From: Cystobasidiomycetes sp. EMM_F5
Taxonomy: Eukaryota
DNA length: 35,398 nt
Reading direction: 5' to 3'
Assembly (NCBI GenBank): GCA_051047955.1
Contig: JBPGPT010000046.1
Location: 62,001 to 97,398, forward strand
Shown: positions 24,118-35,398 of the stretch, in pieces
Position numbering within the stretch: the first letter of the stretch is position 1
Layout: every line of letters begins with the position of its first letter
The notes under the pieces: generated by a model
What the model was told of the DNA's origin: nothing
Databases searched by the model: none
Seen by the model: only the letters and a program-made list of their open reading frames with translations
Made by a program: the position numbers and the translations under genes

Positions 24118-24942
24118 ATGCGCTTAGGATGGCCATCTGGCCGACTGCTGTCTTGCACTCGCCGAGGAATTCTTGCACCTGCTCAGCTGCCTTGGCCATG
24201 CTGTCATCGATGCAGTTCAACGGCAGCTGCGAACGAGCTTCGACAACTCATGCGCCGAGTTGCCCAGCCGGTCGCTGTGATAACGGCAAACTTGCACAAA
24301 GCGAGCGAGATTGATAGTCCTGGTGAGCGAGAAAAACAAGAGGCTCCCAAGTAACAATCTTAACGGGCTTTCTGCTTCTCCTAATCCTCGACCAAATCAC
24401 CGAAAGATCACGGCGCGACGGTCTCCTCGTTTGTATCGATAGCGCTGTCTCCCAGCCCACTTATAGCATTCTCTATACGACTACCTTCGCGGTTAGCCGC
24501 TTTTCTTACCTCCATAAGAGATCCGAAGCAGCCAACTTTTCGAGTACATTTATTGTCACGCGAGCAAGAAGATCTTGCGAGAGCTTTCGCTCGACAACCG
24601 CCCATGCCGCAGAAAGCTATCCCTTCTGCAGATGCTGTCGCATCTACGCCTGCAGCCTTCGACCCATTCCCAGCGGAGTTGTTCGACAAGCTCGCTCGAG
24701 ACTCGCTGGGATCGCTGGATGCGAGCGTCGTTGGGCAATTGCATCTCATCGAACCGTTGGTCGACTCCATTGCAATCACGAAAGTGAATGACCTCGGCGC
24801 AAATGCCAGCTCGGATTCATCAGCAGATGCGAGCGCTGCAAATTCACAGCTCTTCCTGGCGCGCGTATGGTCGGCCAAGGTTGGCAAGGAGAATGCGAAA
24901 CCACTGCTGTACGAACTTCAGAAGTACACCACGACGGGCTGA
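24118..24942 (+). CDS. Flavin reductase-like (FMN-binding split-barrel) protein, possible mitochondrial presequence
   Basis: Reads LRQLMRRVAQPVAVITA..HGATVSSFVSIALSPSPLIAFSIRLPSR..VHLLSREQEDLARAFAR..PLLY, with an intron at 24323-24406 and an Arg-rich, acid-free N-terminus. Confidence 0.8.
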
Positions 24943-25059
24943 GTCGAAGGGCGCATCATGCTTCTGTGCGCAACAGACCTGTGCCAACGAGAGTATCTAT
25001 ATCGCGCGATGCGACAGGACGCAGCACTGCTCGGGCGCCGGTAACAACGAAGCTGTGGC

Positions 25060-26059
25060 CTATACGTCTACGGCGGCCTTCGACAGACTGAACGCATCAG
25101 ATGCTTGCGGATTGCGCATGACCTCCTCGTCCCTCGATTGCATCCCCAGTGCCGGATTGAGCCAGAAAGAAGCCGCTGTACAAATCTTGATGGCAGCTGC
25201 GAAGTAGATGGTCTGGTGTTCGCCAACATGGCGATACATTGCTGCTCCGGCCGCGGCTCCCGCGCAAATGGACAAGATGTAGACAATCCGGCGATCACGA
25301 GCTGTTGCTCAGAACTTAGCACTATGTCGCTAGCACAATCAATAGCCGCCACATACATTTGCTGAATTGCCGTCTGAATAGGGCAGGATCTGTAACCAGA
25401 TCCGCGTACGGACTCGTTACTGTTGTATGATCCGACGTCAGAGTCCCATCGACGCACGAACAAGATCACTCACACATCGCCGTGGGCGCTTCAGGACATT
25501 GTAGTGTCTTTGCCATTGCCACTTGCATATCACTGCCCGCAGACAGAATTACAATAACGGCATATCGAGTATGATCTTCGTTGTTTACCACATGCTGATG
25601 CAGCAACACCGCAGCAATTAATACCGTCAAGCTCTGGATCATATTTGTTGCTATGAGCCACCATCTCTTGCGCTTTTGCATATTACTCTTTCAGCCTAAT
25701 TCAGGCTCAGAGAAGAAGAGAACTGCTCACCCTGCCAAGCACATTTCCAAGCTGGCCACAAACTAGAGCTGCGATGAACCAGCTGCCAAGCGATAGGGCA
25801 ACGTCGATCAATCTTCCAGCCGGAAGTAGCCCTACGGCACCCAAGAAGATGAAGATGCTGTTTCCCGTCTGGTTAGAAAAGAAGATCTCGTACGCTGCGG
25901 TGTTAGCAGCACTCAGTCTAGTACCAGGCTTTGCTGCCAGTCTCGCTGACCTGGAAAGGCGACAGCATCCAAAGCGCCCGTCGCGAAAGCGGTCGCACAA
26001 AGTTGTAAGAGCACTCCCTGATGATCGATGTCCGCTTTCAACCGCGATGAAGACAGCAT
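25060..26059 (-). CDS. DUF1275 / YoaK-family membrane protein
   Basis: The spliced product has AFATGALDAVAF..FFSNQTGNSIF, several hydrophobic helices and PTAMLTSPYADLVTDPALF..RDRR, all typical of fungal DUF1275. Confidence 0.8.
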
Positions 26060-26348
26060 GTCGGAGTCGTGCCCGCAAATGTTTGACGAGACTGGAGGCG
26101 TTCGACGTTGTAAATATGGTCTAGTATCAAAGACACCGATTGGCCTCCGAAACGAAGGATGCGAGAGCTAGCAGCTGGAATACCTACCCTGTTCTGAGCG
26201 TCCCGGTGAGAAGATAGTCACGGCTCGAGCCGCACCTTGACCAGCAATTTGCTTTCTTTTAGCCGAGCCTACGACGTCGAACGCTCTTCGGCAAGCAAGT
26301 GGGCGAGCCGTCTCAATGCCATCACATGTAAGGCATACGCTGAAAAGG

Positions 26349-29296
26349 TCAGTGATCCTGCTGTTGAGTGCGCAAGTATGCTTCAAGGTCTTGCCAGGCT
26401 TTGGAAACCGGTCAATAATTTGTCATGCTTAGAGAGGTGCAGCATCCACGTACCGTTGGCTGCTACGCGTACTAGAACTTTCAGCCCGCGTTCAGGCCCT
26501 CTATCCACGAGCTTGCACATTCGGTCGGTATCCCCAAACCCGAATATGTAGCGCGCGTACCGCTCCGTTGGCTTTTGCTGAGCGGCTTCAGCTTTATTGA
26601 GCGGCAGGTCGATACGTTGACAATGCACATGTGGAATCTGCGTGCTGACAATACGGGCAATCTCAACATCGAGTGGATCGACAGGATTTGGGATATAAGA
26701 CATGGGCGTGTCGGTCGAATGCAGGAAGCCTAGCGGTGTCTCTGGACGCATTGGAGTCGAAGAACGGTCAATATACCTAGTTGTGTGTCCGCTGTAGGAC
26801 TGACGAGGCGTCAAGGGTCTTCGCTGTGGATTGTCTCCGGTCAGCGCTGGTGGCGCCGACGTTTTCGCAGGACGACCATTGCTGCTATTGCTGAGCGCAG
26901 AGCCATACGACGAAGCTGGCAAACCCAGAGAAGGTCGTCCGCGTGGTCTATCTGCTGACATTGTACCTCCATAAAGTGCCGATGCGCGCACGGCTCGGTT
27001 TCTTATAGCAGGTTCTGGAGTCATTATGCTCTCGCGCCAGTGATTGACAGAAATTATGGCGGGCACATCCGGCACAGTATCGACAGGCAGCGTACCGCTA
27101 ACAGATAACCGAGGAATGTGAGATCTGCGTCGGCTCATGTTCGAAGTAGTAGTGGGCGTAGGCGACAGAACGCGAGACATCAAGGTTGACGTGTCATTGT
27201 TCGCATTGTTTGTTGGTCGCAATGACAACGTTTCGACAGCCTCGCCATCGACACCGTGGATTTGCGTTCGGAGGTCTCCGGACCGGTTTCCTCGCCCGCT
27301 GCGCCGTGGCGATGTACCATTTGGTGCGGGAATCCTCGAACTTGGCGACAGCATCCGATGTCTGTGAGCAGATGACGCTGAAACATTTGATGTTGTGCTA
27401 AGTGTAGGTGACGGCGCTCGAAATCTTAGGTCAGGATTCGCGTTCGAAGCATCATCAGAGATGACGCGCCGAATGACTGGCGTATAATTCCGCGAATCGG
27501 GTAGGGGAGGCACACTGTCTGGCGAGGCGAAGCTACCAGGCGCGTTGAAGTTCGGCAGGGATTTACGAGGTCGAGAGCCGGACGGCAGAGAGTTGGACAG
27601 GTCCGTATGCTTTACGCGCGTTGAGGCATTCCACCTGGGCCGCACGGCGGAAGCTACGTCCTCTCGGATGCCAAACGCGGAGACCGATCTCGGCTTCAAG
27701 TTAGACGTAGGTAGCGTGACTTCAAGCTTTCGCTGGGGAGTGGAAGATTCGGAAACTTCGGACATTAATTGCCTGAGAGTCGGACGGGTAGAGACGTTGC
27801 GGAGTTCACGAGCTCCATTGCTAGCGAGTCTAGCTATCTGTGCAGCGGAATCTGCTGGCAGATTGGGTAATTTAGGCGATGAGATGGACTTAGACGATGC
27901 ATGAGGAATCTCGGATTTGGTTCGGCTGAGCACCCTGCTGAAGACTTTACGATAGGGAGATGTAGCTCGGGATTCGGTCGGCGAGCCTTGGCCTCTAGTA
28001 GTTGGCGGAGATGGAGTCAACTGCGACAGAGATTTAGTTCGCGCACTGTTCCAACGGGATCGTGAAGGTGTAGAGAGGGTACTCTGCGGGCTTCCACTAC
28101 TGGCCGATGCTACTGATGCTGCCTGATTTGTCGCTGGCGTTCCTTGCCATCTCTCGCTCAAAAGGCTCAGCATTTCTTGCACGCTCTCCATTTCAGCTTC
28201 GACACGCTTGATTCGCTCGTCTACGTTCCGCCATCTCGCCTTCATGGCCAAATGAGACTGCTCGACTTCGTTGCTCACGGTCTTTTGTTGAGCCATGCCG
28301 CTATCGATAACCTGAAGCACACGCTCGCACGAGGGTAGGTAATATTCTAGGATTGCAGTCAGCATGGTTGAAGTGGAGAATACCGCAGAAAGAATCACAA
28401 CGTACTGCTCTTTTGATGCAAGGATCGGTGCAAAGCGATAAAAGTGGTCATATTGTCTTGAAAGGTTTGGTAGGCGTTACTTGTCAAACCTGCACTGGGT
28501 GAAGCACCCAAAAGCATGCCATACTGGCTGTTGATATCCTGATAGGATGCAGAAGCCTTCAGCGTTCTGCGAATGCCATCGCTAGACGGGTGCTCACATG
28601 AATGAATGTATGGCATTGCGCAAACACTTTCTCCAGGGAAGTCATCATACCCTCTGCTTGTTTTGACACGGTACGGTAAATTGCCAAATATCTAGAGAGT
28701 CATCTGAGTTTGGAAGGCAAAGGACACGATGACGACAAACACGAACTTGTCTTGCGCAATGCCATCTCTCAAACTATCGACTTCGGAGATCAAGCGTTTC
28801 CATTTCGTATTGATCTCGCACACTTGCGACTTGAGCACATGCTGGTCGGGTGTTCCGGCAGCTAAGCCGTTGATTTGGGCGTTCACTGCCTCGACTTCGG
28901 GCTGGATGGTGGTCACTTGCTTTTCCAACTTTCGAAGAGCTGCGTCTCTTTCACTAGAAATGGACGTCGGTTCCTTCGTATTGTCGGCACTTTGTCCAGA
29001 CGCCTCATCACAATTCTTGCCGTCAGAATCCCAAGAAGCGTGTCGCAATTCCTGTAACGAGAACGAATCCCTTCAGACTAGAGAATCAGAATCGTCGCAT
29101 ACTTTCTGACCTGAATTTCGAATATCCGGTTTGACATTGATTCTAGAGACATATCTAGCTCGGCAACGGCTGAACCAAGAGCCAACGCCGCAAGGTCGCC
29201 ATCGCAGCTTGTGCGAGACTCATCAGCACCAACAGCATGGCCATGCGAGCCTTGCTCCATGTCAGTGTATACCATGCCACGGACCGTTGCTGCCAT
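26349..29296 (-). CDS. Kar9-like protein with C-terminal GAS2 (GAR) domain
   Basis: The helical region EVDSLRDGIAQDKYLAIYRTVSKQAEGMMTSLEKV, plus YYLPSCERVLQVIDSGM and RPRWNAST, resemble fungal Kar9. A long basic S/P/R region carries SxIP motifs. The C-terminus YIPNPVDPLDVEIARIV..CKLV..KVLVRVAANAWQDLEAYL is obtained after removing an intron at ~26453-26400. Confidence 0.75.
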
Positions 29297-29610
29297 TGTT
29301 GACGTCGCCAGTCCAAAGTGAATGCAGGATCGAGATGCTCAGCCAGAGGGGCACCCGTCAAGCGTTGCCATAGGAGGTTGTGTAAAGGTCATTTGTGTGA
29401 TTGCAGTATCGCAGATTGTACGTGAGCCATGTCGCGCAGTGGCGGTCGCCCGAAGCCGTACTTTGGAGAGCACATCGCGGTCAACACTTCTTGCTTTCCT
29501 TCCAATTGCGCTGAGAAATATCGTACAACTAAAGTGTTTACTAACGCACGCGTGCAGCACTCAGTCACAGCGCTTCATTGCTAGACGTGTCTTCGGACTT
29601 CCATGCCATC

Positions 29611-31982
29611 ATGCAGCAGGACCGGACGCGTATCCGTTTAGTCGTGACTAGCTCTGATTACAGTGCAAATCGCGACGATGTATCTTCCGAGTCATACAAC
29701 AATCACGATGCAGAATCACCGGATACGAGCAATCATGATATCCCATCCGCGTTCCCTGTCCAACAAGGCCTCGAGTCGTCAGGTAATGCTTGATCCTGAA
29801 CTATTAGCTCGTTTGTGGCCGGTGCATGTATAGAGATACTGACGTACGTCGCTTTTAGCTGATCGGGCGGATAGCACTGTCTCAAGCCGGCCAGTGAAGA
29901 AGGCATCACTCAAGCACTGGAGCCAGCGAGACGGGCCTCTAAACGATGGTTTTCGCCTACAAAGACAACGAGAAGAACATCGAGCCAGCATACTTCAGAC
30001 TCACACAAAACAACGTATACCCAATGAAGTTGAAATTGACAATAATCAATTTCCGAAAATCACAAAGTCGGGTCAGCGATCTCAGCGTAAAGATACGCGT
30101 AGCGCCAGGATGCCGAGCTACTTGGCCTCATTTATGGATTCAAACGTGAGTATCTCTGCAGAATCCCACTCCGTCGACAACGTGGCGCACCATTCGAGTC
30201 GCCTCGACCAATTCAGCTTTTCTGGTCATCATCAGGAACGTCCCGCATTCGAATCGGCTGATATGTATCAGCGAATGATGTCAGACCAGCGGTCAAGCAA
30301 TCCCTTGCCAGATCAGCGAGCCCGTCTGCCTCGCCCTGTGCCGTATGCTAATCATGATGATGCGAATAGATTACAACAAAGCAAAATGCAAAGCTTTGGT
30401 CAAAGCCCGCATGCTCTTCCGGCGCGAGAAAGAAGCAATAGGCTGGCATCTTCAGCACACCCTCAGCAGGCTGTCTATGCGCCAATCCCTCAATATCCAC
30501 CCCATTATTCCGTAGCTGCTCGATTCCCTTTTGCTCAAGAAAGTTCTCCTTCGCAGATAGCTGCGCTTAAGACTTCATTCCTTCCCCAACGTGTACATGA
30601 CACCGTGTCTGACGCTGGGTACGAGCGTACCAGCGTATTATCCTCCACCCCAGCGCCCCTGAGACGAGGCATGAGAGCCAGGCCCCAAGCGCAGGTTATC
30701 GACCAGACTACCCTTTCTTCCTCCAAACGCACAATCGATGCTGACGACAACGAGTCGTACAATAGCAGTCGTCCTGTCAAGCGCATACGCAATGACGATA
30801 CTGACGCCGTTTCGAAACGGGTTCATTTCGACGAACATGTCTCGACGTCCGCATACAATACTACAAGCAGTATACAGCGCCTGACGAAGCTTCCCCCACA
30901 AAACGATGCCCCATTCCAGGCCGCCTATGCTACTCGTGCGAATCGCGGCGAGGCAGTACTGTCCGATTTAGCATGTTTCGGTTTCGAGGCTAAGTCCGCT
31001 ACCTCTGCAAACGACCGATCCGGTAACGACAGTGCCGTGTGGACGACACTTAAACGACCCGCACGATCTTCAGATGCGCCCGAGTTGCTCGAACCCAGTC
31101 AGCTCCCAATGGCATACAAGAAATTCCAGCCAGTGATGCCGATAAAGACGAAAACTCTGCGAGCTTTGTATAATTTCAGCCTGCCGACAGGGAAAGCGCA
31201 ATCCAGACAGCCACTCCACGGCACAGCTCTCGGACTCAGGGCTGAGTCTTCAGCAGATGAAGACCGATTCCGAAGCACCCGCGCTCAGAAACGCATCGAA
31301 AAACCGACGTCGACTGACTTTATGCAAGCTGGAGGTAAAAAGAGGAAACCGGTCCTCTTCCATCCGGACAGTCCGCCGCGCAAGCCAAAAATGACAATCT
31401 CGAAAGAGCTTTCCGGAGCAGCTCTGCTCAATCTAGACACGGGTCTTCCCCCGCTACCATCCGTGGTAGCTGTGACTGATGACAAGGTGAGTCGAATGTC
31501 GCTTCTACGGTCATTTGGGACTACGCTGATTGGCGCAATAGCCAAAGACGCGGACATCGGTCTTATACCGCAAGTCGCGGGTGCCGATTGCAGCAGTAGA
31601 TCACCATCCGCAATCCCATTCACCCGATCGGAACGAGAATAGCACTGCTTTACGTCCAGCAATGGCCTCGCTGCCGAGCTCTCCACCTACGATCGCGTCA
31701 GGCTACCTAGCGGATGCCCCGACCTCCTCGCCTTCGTACTATAACGACAGAACTGACCCGGCACAATATTCTGCCTCGCTCAATTCTCCGCCAAAGTACC
31801 ATGAGCCCCAGCGCTTCGGCGAGTTGACGCCAATGAGCATGGCGAGTGCTGCCCGTCATCAAGACGAATTCTCGTTGGGCCATAACCAATCTCATGAGAG
31901 CGCAAGGCAGCTCAATGTCCCTGCCGCAAAGCCCCTTAGTGCTCGATGGCCAGCGGCACTGAAGATCAAATTCTGGCAATGA
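29611..31982 (+). CDS. Hypothetical largely disordered protein (~750 aa)
   Basis: Introns at 29783-29858 and 31487-31540 join ORFs 29578, 29894 and 31581 in frame. No domain was recognised. Confidence 0.7.
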
Positions 31983-32223
31983 GAACATTAATGTGTGCTC
32001 GGTTTTCCAAATAGTCACTTCGCACATTCTAGCTCAGTGAGAAGCGAATGGTCAGCCTAAGCGATTTGTGAGTATGTGCCGCTGTAACATGCATGCAGCA
32101 GGGGAAGATGGCATGGCGGTCTGTACAGAGCAGCACCTAGCATTCCCTTCATTAGCATTTTTTGTACAACAAGCAGAATACTAAACATAACGCAACTCTG
32201 TAGCGAAGCCTCTGATACTCTAC

Positions 32224-33720
<1,497 letters not shown>

Positions 33721-34400
33721 CTTTTATTACTCTCCAGACGCTGGCTGATGTGTGATGCGCTGTTGCTGCCTGCCAGTCATAAACGAACAAGACAGACATG
33801 TTTACCGAAGCTCCTTCTACGCGATCGACTCTCCCCACTGTACGCGTTCTCGCGGGCAACTCGAAAAGACTGGCAGAAGACTACAGGAGCGAATATTGCC
33901 ATGCAGGCCTACTGATACTTACTCTGGAGGTAGAAGACTGCGACGTCAGGTTGTTGCTGGGGCGGAGCTTTCCCTTATGCAACATTGCAGACATTAGCAG
34001 TCGCGATGTATCGCAAATCATACATTCGAACAGGCAGGACGATTGAGCGGAGCGTGCGTTGTAGTCTTTGTTGACGAGAAAAGCGTCAGTAGATGATTAG
34101 GCCTAGTATACCGAGAGTAAAATCAATGGTAAAGACTTTTGGATTCGAGAGTCCGGAAACTTGCTGCAGCTGATGGTCGCACAAACGGTCTCACGGACGG
34201 TCGTGCACTCTGCGTACTAACTGATCTTGCGACCACTGGTGTCACCGTTTGCCTTATGAATTTTGCGAACTCCTCCGGATATAGCTGGTGTACAAACGCT
34301 TCACCAGACCAACCATGCGAAATACAAAACACGGTATTCTGCGCTTTCCAGATCAAGATTCATGTCAATGGCCTGATATCGAATAGTGCCATCGCGCAAC

Positions 34401-35398
34401 ATGGCCTCCCGACTTGCCAGGAAGCGGCAACGAGTCGATAGCTCGTCGGCCGAATCCGACTTGGATCTGGACATCACGCTGCTGTCGGGCAACAAAGTCC
34501 CGCCATCGACTGCGGCTGCTTCCTCACGGCCTAGACGACGTCCGCGCTTGTCGCTGGACAGCAGCTCGTTGTCATCCCAGCCTTTGACCGAGTCTGTTGA
34601 TGATCGTTTGGACGTATCTGAACCCGAACATGACGAGCAAGCCGAGCAAGGGCAGGCGGATGAAGACGATAATGAGCAGACACAAGACGTGAACGGCCAA
34701 GCCGACGTCACCGACGAAGAACAATCGCCGGAAGCTGCCGAACGCCAACGGATATGGGACATGTTCGAGGAGGAATACCATGATGGTGAGCAGGAGCGGC
34801 ACTGCTTCATCACTCCCAACAGCTCACCGTAGTCTCTATTAAGCCGTCTACGAATTGCCGCTAGAACTAGAACGTAATTTCCAATTAATGCTCGAGCACG
34901 ATGAACAAGCGCAAGGTCAGTTACAGTGATGGTGAGCTCGCTGTCTAAGCTAACGGTATTTCGGGATTGTGTCACTGGCTCCAGGCAGCGAGCAGGCACT
35001 TCGCGATGCTTTGCTGAGGTATCTCGACATGTCAAAGTCCGACAAATATACGGATGCTCTCGCAATCCAGGCAAAGGCATTGAGAGACACAGCGCCCGCG
35101 GAAGTTGCGCCCATCCAACCATATCCGTCAATGCTTGCTTTGGCTGCTGGAGCCAACTCCATCTTCGCCGTCCAGTCGCAGAATGGGTCACGCCAAAACA
35201 CAGCCCGAAATGGGCACACTAATGGACCCGAGTCCGACGATGACGCAGTGGCAGCCTCTTTAATACGACATCGTCAACAACCAGTCACCGGGGGAGAAGC
35301 TGAGCCTCCTGCAACGGGATCCGCAGTATATTCAGATGCTCAGAGCGTCCGCTCCCTGCTGTCGGAAATATCCAGCCATACGCGTGCCATCATATCCG
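34401..35398 (+). CDS. ING-family chromatin protein (Yng2/Pho23/ING-like), 5' part only
   Basis: The spliced sequence EEEYHDAVYELPLELERNFQLMLEHDEQAQ matches the ING N-terminal helical domain. The PHD finger is expected beyond the window. Confidence 0.75.

Noticed and set aside
11609..24942. A metabolic gene cluster controlled by the Aro80-like factor
   Set aside because: The neighbours are housekeeping genes with no shared pathway or shared motif that I can see. Adjacency alone is insufficient.
26383..26453. ORF-track C-terminus GTWMLHLSK..ARP of the 671 aa ORF
   Set aside because: This is read-through into an intron. Splicing restores the GAS2-like WQDLEAYL ending at 26349.
33915..34010. 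U1 snRNA-like start ATACTTACTCTGG with a downstream CATTGCAG
   Set aside because: It mismatches the invariant ACTTACCTG, has no U1-70K loop (GATCA..AAG) and no clear Sm site. Treated as chance similarity.
34301..35191. 296 aa minus-strand ORF
   Set aside because: It is the antisense shadow of the ING-family gene, with no recognisable motifs. The same applies to most short overlapping ORFs in the track.

Overview
Eukaryotic, intron-rich fungal DNA (introns mostly 50-95 nt, GT-AG with degenerate donors, tightly packed genes). The gene content suggests a basidiomycete yeast, plausibly Pucciniomycotina (inference). Splicing the ORF fragments by hand gives about 14 well-supported genes, listed here in order. 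A Cln1/Puc1-type G1 cyclin with a long AUG-free leader. A probable MEI4/Rec24-like gene preceded by an in-frame micro-exon array. Two hypothetical proteins. A single in-frame fusion of cystathionine beta-lyase (STR3) with mevalonate kinase (ERG12). An Aro80-like Zn2Cys6 transcription factor whose zinc cluster is split over micro-exons. Dihydroxyacetone kinase, an F-box protein, a flavin-reductase-like protein and a DUF1275 membrane protein. A Kar9-GAS2 microtubule protein, a disordered hypothetical protein, GDP-L-fucose synthase and the 5' part of an ING-family gene. No rRNA, tRNA, CRISPR or transposon was recognised. All exon models and family calls were made by eye, with no database search.
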